A stretch of DNA of 64,000 nucleotides from a bacterium (GCA_021373255.1 JAJFTD010000100.1:24636-88635); one strand, 5' to 3'; shown: positions 29,460-40,043, counted from the first letter of the stretch. Notes: generated from the letters alone by a model not told the origin. Numbers and translations: made by a program.

Positions 29460-30869
29460 ATGCTTACCAAATTCCGAGATAGAATATTCCTCGACCGGGC
29501 TAGTTGGACACCGGAGAGGCAGGAATACCTGATAAAGCAGGTATTTGTGATCCTGCTAGCTGGTATTATCGTTGGAATATTTATAACTAGAGTAAACATC
29601 TATTGGGTACTCGCACTCATGGGAGTGCTCACGCTGTCTCTTGTAGTAATCTGGCAGTTCGAAGCCGCTATGGTGCTGTATCTCCTGGTGGCATTCATCT
29701 CCTGGGGGCGAACACCTAACCTTGTTGCTGGTGGATCGGGGTTTGGTAAAGGTGTCTACATAAGCCAGATAATGCTAGGGTTCCTGCTGGCAATCTGGGT
29801 TGGGAAATACATGCTCTCGGCATTACCAGCCAATCGAATCCGAAGCGGCTTTCACATACCCATTGTTTTGTACCTTATATACTGCGTATTCAACGTTGTT
29901 AATGCGTTTATATTCTGGGATGTGCATGTAAGCAAGGCAAATCAGTATATTCAGGTTAACGCTATTGAGGTTGGGTTACGGTTACTAAGCGCAGGTGCGT
30001 TTGTGATGATGGCAACATCAATCACAAGCAAAAAGTGGCTCAAACTGGCGTCCGCAGCAGTTCTTATCCCAGGCCTCTATAACTTGGCCAATGAAGCAAC
30101 GGGCAATCATATACATTTGTTTGTTCCATGGTGGTCCATATTGACGCTGATGCCGGTAGCATATATGTGGGGAGTAGCATTACAACCCAAATATAGCGTG
30201 CTAAAACGTGTAATCGCCTTGGCAGTGGTATTGTTTGCAATAGTGGTTGTTTTTGTAAGAGGCGTCAGTTGGGTGTCAGGATGGTTGGGTTTATTTGTTG
30301 CTCTGGCGACAGTTGCCTTCATAGTTAGCAAGCGCGTATTTGCTTTTTGTGCAGTGGCAGCAGTAATTGCAGGTATGATCGCCTGGCCGTTTATAAACTC
30401 GAATATAGTGCAGGCCTCTCGCACGGAAGGCGACTTTGAAAGGTTCACTTTGCTGTCAGGGGCATTGAAATATGCTACGCACTTTCCTTTTGGCGTTGGT
30501 CTCGGCAATTATAGAAGCTATAACACATTCTATTATGAGAAAAAGTGGGGCACAGCTACATTTACATCAGCACATGGCACTTACTCCCAACATCTTGCCG
30601 AAACCGGAATACCCGGATTACTTCTATTTTCATCAATTCTGGTTCTTGGGTGCCGATGGTTATTAAAAGAATACAAAAAACTTCCTCCGGGTGGGTCAAA
30701 AACATTCCTGTTGGCAGCTATTGGGCAGCTTGTTGGGATAGCATGCGTTGCGTGGATCGGTGACTACATCATCCCAACGTATCATAATGGTGGTATTATC
30801 ACTTTCTCTACCACGGTTTATTCATGGCTTATATGGGGCCTGGCTGTGGCGCATGTAAGGTTGAGGTAA
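29460..30869 (+). CDS. O-antigen ligase / Wzy-like polytopic membrane protein (about 12 TM helices)
   Basis: 469 aa and highly hydrophobic, with a large periplasmic loop near the C-terminal third, as in the O-antigen polymerase/ligase family. Confidence 0.6.
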   Translation: MLTKFRDRIFLDRASWTPERQEYLIKQVFVILLAGIIVGIFITRVNIYWVLALMGVLTLSLVVIWQFEAAMVLYLLVAFISWGRTPNLVAGGSGFGKGVYISQIMLGFLLAIWVGKYMLSALPANRIRSGFHIPIVLYLIYCVFNVVNAFIFWDVHVSKANQYIQVNAIEVGLRLLSAGAFVMMATSITSKKWLKLASAAVLIPGLYNLANEATGNHIHLFVPWWSILTLMPVAYMWGVALQPKYSVLKRVIALAVVLFAIVVVFVRGVSWVSGWLGLFVALATVAFIVSKRVFAFCAVAAVIAGMIAWPFINSNIVQASRTEGDFERFTLLSGALKYATHFPFGVGLGNYRSYNTFYYEKKWGTATFTSAHGTYSQHLAETGIPGLLLFSSILVLGCRWLLKEYKKLPPGGSKTFLLAAIGQLVGIACVAWIGDYIIPTYHNGGIITFSTTVYSWLIWGLAVAHVRLR

Positions 30870-30876
30870 CCATACA

Positions 30877-31716
30877 ATGGACCTTACGATTGCGATAGTA
30901 AGCTGGAATACGCGAGATATTCTCGACCAATGCCTGGAGTCGATCAGAGCAAACAGGCAAGGGCTTGAGTGCGAAGTCATAGTAGTGGACAATAATTCAT
31001 CGGATGGTAGCCAGGAGATGGTCCAGGAGAAGCACCGCTGGGTCAGGCTGATTACCAATGCCGAGAATACCGGCTTTTCACGCGCTAATAATCAGGCATA
31101 TCAGGTTTGCGAGGGCAGGTACTTTCTGTTGCTCAATCCTGACACAATATGCCGTAAAAACACATTGCAGGCGATGGTGCAATTTCTGGACGAACACCCA
31201 GGAGCTGGGGCGGTCGGCCCATTAGTTTTAAATGCCGACGAGACTCTGCAACTGTCATGGGCACGTTTTCCCACACTTCTAAGTGAGATGCAGGGTCGCA
31301 TAAATCGGACTATCGATGGAATGTCTGAGCTTCTCGCTGATGCCGATGGTGTTAGGGTGAATGGAGCGTTCCAGACAGATTGGGTTGGCGGATGCTGCCT
31401 GATGACTAGGCGCGAGACAGTAGAGCACATTGGGCTGCTAGACGAAAATTTGTATATGTATAGCGAAGAGACTGACTGGTGTCTTCGCATGAAACAGGGC
31501 GGCTGGGAGATCTGGGTGGAACCAAAAGCAGAGATAGTGCACCTGGGCGCTCAGAGCAGCAGCAAAATTAAAGAAGAGTGTGCAAGGATATTAAGGCGCA
31601 GTAAATGTGCATACTTTGCGAAACACTTCAATCTCACAACCGCCGCAGTGCTGGCAGTTGTGCTCGGAGTAAAAAGTTTTGGGAAACGTGTTTTAACGCG
31701 TGCCACTAGAATGTGA
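30877..31716 (+). CDS. Family 2 glycosyltransferase
   Basis: LTIAIVSWNTRDILDQCLESI...VVDNNSSDGS. It is a paralog of the next gene (shared WNTRDIL). Confidence 0.8.
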   Translation: MDLTIAIVSWNTRDILDQCLESIRANRQGLECEVIVVDNNSSDGSQEMVQEKHRWVRLITNAENTGFSRANNQAYQVCEGRYFLLLNPDTICRKNTLQAMVQFLDEHPGAGAVGPLVLNADETLQLSWARFPTLLSEMQGRINRTIDGMSELLADADGVRVNGAFQTDWVGGCCLMTRRETVEHIGLLDENLYMYSEETDWCLRMKQGGWEIWVEPKAEIVHLGAQSSSKIKEECARILRRSKCAYFAKHFNLTTAAVLAVVLGVKSFGKRVLTRATRM

Positions 31717-31760
31717 GCAACATACTACGGTGGCTTTTGGCGATGGAGATTTAGGAAAGC

Positions 31761-32720
31761 ATGGGTACGGATGGTTCAGGCCTCGTATCAATCATAATAG
31801 TAAATTGGAACACACGAGATATACTGCTGCAGTGTCTCGATAGCGTCTATCGCACTTCAAAAGAGACGTTGTGTGAGGTAATTGTTGTGGATAACGCCTC
31901 TACGGATGGTTCGGCAGATGCTGTTAGCCAGCATTTCCCAGATGTGAGTATTGTTCGGAATGACAAGAACGTAGGGTTTGCTGCTGCCAACAACTTGGCT
32001 ATAAAAGCGGCCAGAGGGGAATACCTGCTGTTCTTGAACCCTGATACAGTGGTATGCGGCGACGCTATAAGTGAGATGCGGGATTTTCTGGCGAAGGACA
32101 AGGAAGTGGGTGCCGTTGGGTGCAGGCTTGCTAATGCAGACGGCTCAACACAGGAGTCCTATTGGTTTAGCTTTCCTTGCCGGCGGTGGTTGCTGGAGAA
32201 GGTAATTTATTGGAATAAGGTCACACAGCGAATTAGTAAGAAATCAAATAAACTGCAGGAGCCATTTCCAGTTGCGCACCTATTGGGTGCCTGCATAATG
32301 TGTCCGGCATCGCTGGTTAAGCAGTTGTCGGGATTTGATGAGTCTTATTTTCTGTATCTTGAGGAGACTGATTTATGTTGGCGGATTAGGGAGGCTGGTT
32401 ATGCAGTTTTCCATTTGCCGGGTGCGTCGGTGATACATTATGGCCAGCAAAGCAGCAACCAGGCTGCTGAATGGGCCAGTCTTGAGTTGTACAGGAATAC
32501 TTACAGGTTCATTCGTGGTCACAGCCGATGGCAGATGGCCTCGCGACTGTTAACGCAGTGGATTATTGCAATGCTTGCTATTGTGAGAGTTTTACTCTGG
32601 ACGGTACGAAGAATAACTGGTGTTGGCAACCCAGATACTGCTAGAAGAATGACTATGGGCTTCTGGCGTCTTTTGCTTGCCGTGCCTGGCTTTGAGCGAG
32701 AGTGTAAGAGGCGTGTGTAA
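31761..32720 (+). CDS. Family 2 glycosyltransferase
   Basis: VSIIIVNWNTRDILLQCLDSV...VVDNASTDGS. Confidence 0.8.
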   Translation: MGTDGSGLVSIIIVNWNTRDILLQCLDSVYRTSKETLCEVIVVDNASTDGSADAVSQHFPDVSIVRNDKNVGFAAANNLAIKAARGEYLLFLNPDTVVCGDAISEMRDFLAKDKEVGAVGCRLANADGSTQESYWFSFPCRRWLLEKVIYWNKVTQRISKKSNKLQEPFPVAHLLGACIMCPASLVKQLSGFDESYFLYLEETDLCWRIREAGYAVFHLPGASVIHYGQQSSNQAAEWASLELYRNTYRFIRGHSRWQMASRLLTQWIIAMLAIVRVLLWTVRRITGVGNPDTARRMTMGFWRLLLAVPGFERECKRRV

Positions 32721-32761
32721 TGGTGCGATGTTTGCATAATCAAGTATTCACTGATGATTAT

Positions 32762-35700
32762 ATGTCATTGCGATTATTGTTGCTTGCAACCATTATGGTA
32801 ATTCTGGCGGTACCCTGTACTGCTGCTCCGTCTGTCAGTGGAATGACTGCGCCTGAGAAGGCGGGGTTGTACGAGAAGTTTGAGATCGCGTTCAATGTAT
32901 CTACTGCAGCCACGCAGCTTTACTGGCCCTATGATACCTCGCCAAATCCCGGTGTGGAAGCTGGTGTGGGTGTCAGCATAGACGGTTTATTCTCGAATGA
33001 TAATTGGCAGACGACAATCGTTCAGCCCGGCTTCTATTACCAGCCCTACTACTCTTATCCCGGAAATCCAAACCAGAAGATAGATGGCGGCACTACATGG
33101 GCTTACCCCTCGGGAAACCCCGGTTGGCGGATTCGATTCGCCCCTAAAGCTACCGGTTCCTGGAAATATAAAATAAGAGTTAAAGACTCCAGTGGAACAA
33201 CAACCAGCAGCGAATACAGTTTTACCGTTGTGCCATCCAGCAACCACGGGTTTGTCGGCGTAAGCCCTAATGATGGAAGATACTTCGAACTGAGCGATGG
33301 CACCTACCTGCCGCTTATTGGAATTACGGACGTGGAATGCACCAAATACTCCCAATTAGCGCAGATGGGTGTTAACTTTGTAAGGTCGTGGTGGCAGAGC
33401 AGCAACACACCTCTTGCACTTTTCGGAGCCGGTGGCCAGGGTGGAGATTGTCAGATATCGAATCTGTGGTATAGCACAGTTGCGGTAAGGCCAGGTCATT
33501 TGGTATCGGCTCAGATTCCGAATGTTACGAGTTGGCAGACGTGTTGGGAAACAATCAATACCTTTGTGCCCGTGAAAAGTAACACGAAATACCGTTTTTC
33601 AGCGTGGGTAAAGACCGTCGGGGTTACTGGTAGTGGCGAATATGGCATTTACCTTTCAGAATATACTTCGATGCGAAAGTCTGCTCCGCTAAATGGCACA
33701 AATGATTGGACTAAAATGACTGTGGATATAGACTCGGGTGATCATATTGCCCTGAGGCTGTTAATCGGGGGGTTCAACGTAACCGGTGGTAATGGTTATT
33801 TATCCGATTGGTCGCTTAAGGAAGATATAGGAAATGGGAATTATGGACCGGAACTGCTTCCACGACCTGATTTGCAGTCTCATACAAATTACTCACAGTT
33901 GATTGCATGGAGCATAGATCACCTGCTGGATGCCGCCTTAGCCAATGGAATATATGTTAGGGCGGTTATTGAAGAAAAGGGAGATAGTTTCTTCTCGCGC
34001 ATTCAATCCGACGGCACATGGGGGGCGCAAAGCGATTCAAATATCTATGCCACCTCCACTCACGCGTGCAGAACCTATCAGCAATATTACTGGCGGTACC
34101 TCATAGCAAGATACGGGTATAGCACTGCGCTTCATAGCTTCGAACTGGTAAATGAGGGCGATCCACATAATACATTCCACCACGACGCAGTTGCAGCCCT
34201 GGGCGATTACGTGCAGAAGAACGATCCGAACAGGCATCTAGTCAGTTCATCCAACTGGCATTCATTCCCACCGGTCATGTGGAAAAATCCCAGCGTAGGC
34301 ACTGCCGATTTACATATGTATATTGGATATCGAATAGCCAGTGGTGGTAATAGGATATGGCCCGGATGGGATGGAGACTGGGCGATGATGAATGATAACA
34401 CTACAATGGGCAATGACTACTCCATCGACACCAGCGTTGCCCATACTGGAAAGAATTCCCTGAAGATTAATGTTCCTCCAATTTCCGGTGATGATGGGAA
34501 TCGTATATCTTTTTCCAATGCATGGTTTAATTGTGGAACGCCGCTTGGCCATCAACTTAAATTCTCAATGTGGGTGAAGGGAGAGAAACTTACTGCTTAT
34601 AATGGTAAGTCATGGATTTCGCCTGCAGGTATACATTTGCAGTTCTCACAGGGTGGAGGAGACTTCGCCGGTTACCCATGGGGTACCGGCACTACTGAGG
34701 CGCCTTGGGGCACGTATGATTGGAAAAAGCTGGAGTTTACAATGACTGTTCCCTCTTCGGTGTTTGAGGGATCAGATGGGCACCTTCCACTTATGATGAT
34801 GGTGCAGCCATTCTCCAGAGCGAATAATTCTGCAACATCCGGGACTGTATGGATCGATGATTTTGTTGTCGAAGATTTAACTACGGGCAAAGTAATAAAC
34901 TACAACGGAAGTTTTGAATACATGGACTCAGAGAGCTATGATGTGGTTGCGTGCCACAGCGCGTATTCCAGGCTCACGGACAGTTATGACCTTGGAAAAC
35001 CCGTCATACGTGGAGAAATCGGATTCTGTTATCCCCAGCGTTTTCCCAGTCCATATAAAGGTTGGACTTGGGAAGGCAGTGACACCATGTCAGGCCAGGA
35101 CCAATTGTTGGTAGACGATACGGACGGAATCTGGTGGAAGAAATGGGTCTGGGCTAATACGGACTGGGGCGGCCTTACGGAAGTATACTGGTGGCCAAAC
35201 TTGCCCATCGCACGTAACTATAAATATGGAAGAGCATATCTTACGTTTATAGCCGGAGAACCCGTTTCAAACGGCAAATATAAGGATTGTCAGGCGCAAG
35301 TGTCCAACGCGGCGCTGAGGGTGCTTGGTCAGAAAGATACCACAAACAACCGTGCTTACCTTTGGATTGATAACGCTCCTTATACGTGGAAGAATGTTGT
35401 TGATAAAGTTGCTATTCCTCAGGCGTCTGGAACGGTCACAGTGAGTGGCTTCAAAGATGGCTCATATCAGGTTGAGTGGTGGGACACAACTACTGGCACG
35501 ATCACACGCACGGACAAAGCTCAATGCACAAATGGTAACGTCGTACTGTCGGTTCAAAACCTGCAATCTGATGTGGCATGCAAAGTGTATCAGGCACCGG
35601 CAGATATCAGCCTTCAGGTCACAGTTCCCATGACTGATGTCTTTCCTGGACAGACCGTAAATATCAGCGTGGCTTTCATTAATAACGGCGAGTCAAGCAG

Positions 35701-35872
35701 CTACAACACATCGGTTAGCACAAAAGTGCCGTCGGAGATGGAGTATGTTCCCGGCAGCGCGGAGGCATCTGGCGGAGTTTGGGATGCCGACACTCAAACC
35801 GTTACTTGGGTGGTAGATCAAATCGACGCGCACCAGTCTGGAACAAGGGCATTTAAGGCTAAAGTAAGATAA
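32762..35872 (+). CDS. Large secreted protein: N-terminal Ig-like region, TIM-barrel glycoside-hydrolase-like core, beta-sandwich (CBM-like) modules, C-terminal DUF11 repeat
   Basis: Signal peptide MSLRLLLLATIMVILAVPCTAAP. FELVNEGDP resembles the GH5 NEP acid/base motif. The C-terminal ~80 aa (VSIDVSPDSQ...NGSTTVTAT) has a DUF11-type pattern. Confidence 0.45.
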   Translation: MSLRLLLLATIMVILAVPCTAAPSVSGMTAPEKAGLYEKFEIAFNVSTAATQLYWPYDTSPNPGVEAGVGVSIDGLFSNDNWQTTIVQPGFYYQPYYSYPGNPNQKIDGGTTWAYPSGNPGWRIRFAPKATGSWKYKIRVKDSSGTTTSSEYSFTVVPSSNHGFVGVSPNDGRYFELSDGTYLPLIGITDVECTKYSQLAQMGVNFVRSWWQSSNTPLALFGAGGQGGDCQISNLWYSTVAVRPGHLVSAQIPNVTSWQTCWETINTFVPVKSNTKYRFSAWVKTVGVTGSGEYGIYLSEYTSMRKSAPLNGTNDWTKMTVDIDSGDHIALRLLIGGFNVTGGNGYLSDWSLKEDIGNGNYGPELLPRPDLQSHTNYSQLIAWSIDHLLDAALANGIYVRAVIEEKGDSFFSRIQSDGTWGAQSDSNIYATSTHACRTYQQYYWRYLIARYGYSTALHSFELVNEGDPHNTFHHDAVAALGDYVQKNDPNRHLVSSSNWHSFPPVMWKNPSVGTADLHMYIGYRIASGGNRIWPGWDGDWAMMNDNTTMGNDYSIDTSVAHTGKNSLKINVPPISGDDGNRISFSNAWFNCGTPLGHQLKFSMWVKGEKLTAYNGKSWISPAGIHLQFSQGGGDFAGYPWGTGTTEAPWGTYDWKKLEFTMTVPSSVFEGSDGHLPLMMMVQPFSRANNSATSGTVWIDDFVVEDLTTGKVINYNGSFEYMDSESYDVVACHSAYSRLTDSYDLGKPVIRGEIGFCYPQRFPSPYKGWTWEGSDTMSGQDQLLVDDTDGIWWKKWVWANTDWGGLTEVYWWPNLPIARNYKYGRAYLTFIAGEPVSNGKYKDCQAQVSNAALRVLGQKDTTNNRAYLWIDNAPYTWKNVVDKVAIPQASGTVTVSGFKDGSYQVEWWDTTTGTITRTDKAQCTNGNVVLSVQNLQSDVACKVYQAPADISLQVTVPMTDVFPGQTVNISVAFINNGESSSYNTSVSTKVPSEMEYVPGSAEASGGVWDADTQTVTWVVDQIDAHQSGTRAFKAKVR

Positions 35873-35929
35873 TCCGATAATTTGTGTATTGATGTGAAGA
35901 GGGATAAGGGGAGGGTACATTCGGCCACT

Positions 35930-37468
35930 ATGCGAAGAGAATGCTTGCAAGATTGGCTGTTCGTAGTTGTTTTCGCGGCGGTTGTTATATATCAAGTGTT
36001 GATTAGCCCTGTTGTCGGCATGCCTGATAATGGGGATTTTCCTCGTATGATGAACTCAGTAGGCCTCTCCGTTGCTGATTCCCCCTATGAAACCGGGTTT
36101 TATGCATTCTCTCGCCATTATCATTGGGACCTATCAACGCGAGGCAAACCGTTCCCTTCGTCTGAACTAGCATTTGTGATCCCGGCTCTTGCTGTGAATA
36201 AAGTAATATCAGGAGACGGACTATTCGATATCGTAGCCTTGGGTATAGTTCATCTCATTGGATATTGTGCAGTCATCACAATTTTCGCTTACTGCGGATT
36301 TAGGTCCAGGCTGCGCTGGCGATGGTTGATCTATCTTGCGGTGATTGTGCTGTTTTCGGATGTCACTTATATCGCATATTTCAACTCCTTATACGCAGAA
36401 CCCGCATCTTTGATTTTTTTATGCGGTGGCCTTGCATTTGCCATGCTCGCTATTATCGAAGCCGCTGCTGAGCGTCCGAGGACATATCCGCTGTTGGGCT
36501 GCTTCGTATGCTGGATACTTTTCCTGTTGGCTAAATTGCAGAACGTGATGCTTGTCCCGTTGCTGGCGCCGATTGTGTATTTGATGTACGTGAATTATAC
36601 ATCGCGTGCTGATGGAGCATTCAAATCGCTGCGCGCGAAAAAGTGGCAAGTCTTAATAGCATTTATCGGGATTGCATTTGCTTATTGGTCAATATACTCT
36701 ATCTTTCCGATGGGTGTTCGTAATGTCAATGTCTACAATAATGTTTTCTTCGAGATAATCAAAAAATCTCCCACACCCAAAGCCGATCTAAAAGATCTTG
36801 GCCTGAACGAGAGCTACCTAAAATATAAAGGCACGCATTCCTGGTCACCTGGCATTACTGAAAAGCTTCATAACGATGTCTATAACTGCGTCGGCGAGAA
36901 GGGGGTTATGCTTTTCTATATTAAGCACCCTTCGCGATTGTGCAGGCTCCTGTGGAGTGCAGCTAAATACAGCTTTGAAACAAGGCCGGGGTACCTTGGT
37001 AATTTTGATAGCAAGTCATATGCTAATATACTACACGAACATCCAAACAGAAAACTTGCCCCAGGCGAGTCGACGAATGCGGAATGCACAGGATTTGAGC
37101 GTTTTCCCTCATTTTGTTTCAGTCACTCATTTGCGTTCAGCAGTGGATTCAAAGAGCGATTTATTGTAGGTTCATCGTGGTCGCTGCTTATCTTTATTGT
37201 AATCAACTTTGCTGCAATTGGATGGAAACTACGGTGGCGTGATCGGGATATCTCTACACGAAGTGTGTCACTAATCCATCTCGCGCTGCTATTAATGGCT
37301 ATATTCCAGTTCTTAACTGTCACTATTGGCACTGGTGAGATGGACCTGGTTAGGCATCTATTCTTGTTCGGTCTGCTGTGTGATCTCTGTACGGTATTCC
37401 TCTTAGGATATCTTGTAGAGCTTTTTGCTCCACATATTCGTGCAGGACAATCCGCCTCCGGCGTATAA
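35930..37468 (+). CDS. Polytopic integral membrane protein of unknown function (possible GT-C/polymerase-like)
   Basis: About 500 aa with at least 10 predicted TM helices and a DNGDFPRMMNSVGL periplasmic-loop motif. The ORF is open from 35882. The printed coordinates are off by 1 relative to the ORF track in this stretch. Confidence 0.45.
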   Translation: MRRECLQDWLFVVVFAAVVIYQVLISPVVGMPDNGDFPRMMNSVGLSVADSPYETGFYAFSRHYHWDLSTRGKPFPSSELAFVIPALAVNKVISGDGLFDIVALGIVHLIGYCAVITIFAYCGFRSRLRWRWLIYLAVIVLFSDVTYIAYFNSLYAEPASLIFLCGGLAFAMLAIIEAAAERPRTYPLLGCFVCWILFLLAKLQNVMLVPLLAPIVYLMYVNYTSRADGAFKSLRAKKWQVLIAFIGIAFAYWSIYSIFPMGVRNVNVYNNVFFEIIKKSPTPKADLKDLGLNESYLKYKGTHSWSPGITEKLHNDVYNCVGEKGVMLFYIKHPSRLCRLLWSAAKYSFETRPGYLGNFDSKSYANILHEHPNRKLAPGESTNAECTGFERFPSFCFSHSFAFSSGFKERFIVGSSWSLLIFIVINFAAIGWKLRWRDRDISTRSVSLIHLALLLMAIFQFLTVTIGTGEMDLVRHLFLFGLLCDLCTVFLLGYLVELFAPHIRAGQSASGV

Positions 37469-37478
37469 GCATCCAACC

Positions 37479-38414
37479 ATGAAGAAAGGAACCGATATGC
37501 AGCGTGTCTGTCCAGTCTGTGGGAATGATAAGCACAGGCTATGGTGCAAACCTAGAAGGTCCCCTGGTCCATTGGTCAGATGCGCGTCTTGTGGTTTTGT
37601 ATATGTGAACCCCATAAAGTCAGACCAATCATTGATCTCGACTGGTCCGGTGCTGGGCGACCGGCCGTCACGGCTTCTGACTAGCTCTGATACGCAAGAA
37701 ATAGAGGGCAGTTGGGAACAGCAGGTCATTGAGATGTATATGAAAGAATCCGAGGCAAAGAGACGCAATGCAAAACAAGCACTCTCACATATAGAAAAGC
37801 TGACTCAAAATGGTGGCAGGCTTTTAGATGTAGGCTGCTTTTGCGGATTGTTTCTTGATGTTGCAAAACAATATGGATGGGATTGTACCGGCATCGAGCC
37901 ACTTGTAATGCCGTCCATTTATGCACGAGGGACTTTTGGCCTAAATATCATTACCGATACACTGAAGGAAGATAGCTTCCAACAGGAATACTTTGACATA
38001 GTAACAGCATTCCAGGTATTCGAACATATTGTTAAGCCATCTGAGGAACTAAAGAAAATATACCAATTTCTAAAACCAGGTGGGCTGATAGTAATTGAGG
38101 TGCCTAACATAGAAACTGCTGCAGTAAGTTTCATGGGAAGACATCACCGTCATTTCGTGGAGGATCACGTTAACTTCTTCTCAGAGAAGACGCTGACTGC
38201 TTTTGTTGAACAATACGGATTTACCAAAAAAAAAGTGATATATCCATCACGAGTTCTCAGTATGCAACAGCTTGTCTGGTGGGCTGGACAATACGCAGGA
38301 GAGGGTGTTGCAAAGTTTCTTAAGAGCATTCTTGAGCACACACACCAGAGTTCAAAAACAGTAAGCATCAACCTAAAGGACATAATAACAGTTATTGCCC
38401 AGAAGACTTCTTGA
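37479..38414 (+). CDS. Class I SAM-dependent methyltransferase with N-terminal CxxC...CxxC zinc ribbon
   Basis: CPVCGNDKH...CASCG, then SAM-binding motif I LLDVGCFCGLFLD and motif II IVTAFQVFEHI. Confidence 0.7.
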   Translation: MKKGTDMQRVCPVCGNDKHRLWCKPRRSPGPLVRCASCGFVYVNPIKSDQSLISTGPVLGDRPSRLLTSSDTQEIEGSWEQQVIEMYMKESEAKRRNAKQALSHIEKLTQNGGRLLDVGCFCGLFLDVAKQYGWDCTGIEPLVMPSIYARGTFGLNIITDTLKEDSFQQEYFDIVTAFQVFEHIVKPSEELKKIYQFLKPGGLIVIEVPNIETAAVSFMGRHHRHFVEDHVNFFSEKTLTAFVEQYGFTKKKVIYPSRVLSMQQLVWWAGQYAGEGVAKFLKSILEHTHQSSKTVSINLKDIITVIAQKTS

Positions 38415-38468
38415 TGGTATACAAAATTGGGAACCAGTTGTCTCATATAAAGAGGGACGCACCTGAAT

Positions 38469-40043
38469 ATGACAAATAAGACTGATAACAAAACCGCACC
38501 AGAATGCTGCAAGAAACACCATGTCTCACGAGCTGATAAACTAAAGCTGCTCTGCGTAGGTGTGCTGTTTATTGCCGTTTATGCGCCGACATTTGTTTAT
38601 CTGTGGAACCGCTGGTTGCATGATTCGCAATACTCATTAGCGTTCCTGGTGCCGTTCGTTTCGGGATATTTTATCTGGAGATTGTGGAAACAAGCCACTT
38701 CAACGCGAGTGGATGCATCACCGTGGGGGCTTGGCCTTATTATTGCAGCGCTGTTGATGCATTTTGTGGGGACTCTTTTGGATGTTGCTGTGATCTCAGG
38801 GATGTCCATACTTGTGTTACTTCTTGGTGTATGTCTACACTTCAGGGGCTCGGGGTTCACGAAAGTTCTATGGTTCCCGTTAGCATATACTGTGTTCATG
38901 GTGCCGATTCCTGAGGGGATCATAGATCTCGTAGGGTTCCCAATGCAGCTATGGGCGAGCATGTCGACAGAAAAGCTGTTGAATTTAATAGGTTTGGAAG
39001 TATTTCGCGAGGGGGTCAGGCTGGTTGTCGGCAGCTTCGACTTCCAAGTGGCAGCGGCGTGCAGCGGCATGAGTTCGCTGGTTGCACTGGTCGGGGTAAC
39101 CGCTGTGTTTGCCTATATGACGAAGCTGCCAGCATGGCTTAAATGGGTGTTGTTTTTCCTCTCGTTACCTATTGCATTGATAGCCAATGTCGTGAGAATA
39201 ACCACAATTGCGCTGGTCGGCTATCGATGGGGCGCTGATGTTGCCATGAATATGTATCACGACTGGTCTAGCCCGATGCTCTTTATGGTGGCGATATTGC
39301 TGCTGGCGCTGATAAGTAGGGGATTTGAATATCTGGCTGGAGCTATTTGCCATAATAAGATGCCGCAGGCAGTAGAGCAGGATTCCGTCTTATCACAAAC
39401 AACAAGGATTCGATCACCCAAATATGCGATAGTTCTCGTGTTGATGGCTGTGATGTGTGCGGCACTATACTGGGTGCGGGAAAAGCCTGCGCAGGTAATC
39501 TTTTCTCCTAACCTGGAGGAATTTCCCTCGGTTGTTCAACAATGGAATGCGACCGAAGTCCCCATTACCCACACTGTTAGAAAGCTGTTGAACGCGGACA
39601 ATGTGCTATCTCGGTTATATATGAAATCCGAATACGGTAACCAGGTGGGCCTGCTGGTGGTTTATCGTAAGTATGGCAGGAGAGACTTTATCCACCGACC
39701 GGAGCTATGCTATCCCGCCGCTGGTTGGCAAATTGTAGAAACCGGCACTGCAACTGTTCCTTATGATGGCAAGAACATCACGGCTACAAAAGTTGTTGCA
39801 GAAAAGAATGGAGCGCGTGAGGTTATTCTCTACTGGTTCACGTCAGGCGACCGTGTAGAGCACAATTTCCTTACCCAACAGTTCAGAATGGCGATGGACA
39901 GGTTCCAATCACAGAGATACGGGTGGGCGTTCATTAGGATCAATAGCCCTGTAATAAGCAGTGACAATGAAACTATGGGAAATATGCGTAGTTTTACGCG
40001 TTCCATCTCTAAACCGCTAACCAATACCCTTAGATCGCCTTAG
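38469..40043 (+). CDS. Exosortase (XrtA-like) fused to a C-terminal EpsI-family domain
   Basis: Eight TM helices. The active-site region AACSGMSSL and the conserved Arg in NVVRITTIALVGYRWG are present. The C-terminal ~200 aa (...LLVVYRKYGRRDFIHRPELCYPAAGWQI...) is an EpsI-type periplasmic domain. Confidence 0.75.
   Translation: MTNKTDNKTAPECCKKHHVSRADKLKLLCVGVLFIAVYAPTFVYLWNRWLHDSQYSLAFLVPFVSGYFIWRLWKQATSTRVDASPWGLGLIIAALLMHFVGTLLDVAVISGMSILVLLLGVCLHFRGSGFTKVLWFPLAYTVFMVPIPEGIIDLVGFPMQLWASMSTEKLLNLIGLEVFREGVRLVVGSFDFQVAAACSGMSSLVALVGVTAVFAYMTKLPAWLKWVLFFLSLPIALIANVVRITTIALVGYRWGADVAMNMYHDWSSPMLFMVAILLLALISRGFEYLAGAICHNKMPQAVEQDSVLSQTTRIRSPKYAIVLVLMAVMCAALYWVREKPAQVIFSPNLEEFPSVVQQWNATEVPITHTVRKLLNADNVLSRLYMKSEYGNQVGLLVVYRKYGRRDFIHRPELCYPAAGWQIVETGTATVPYDGKNITATKVVAEKNGAREVILYWFTSGDRVEHNFLTQQFRMAMDRFQSQRYGWAFIRINSPVISSDNETMGNMRSFTRSISKPLTNTLRSP

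Noticed and set aside
35881-35931. Possible frameshift at the start of the 528-aa membrane-protein gene
   Set aside because: The apparent 1-nt discrepancy between the printed coordinates and the ORF track is most likely a counting artefact of my manual indexing. The ORF track shows a continuous frame.
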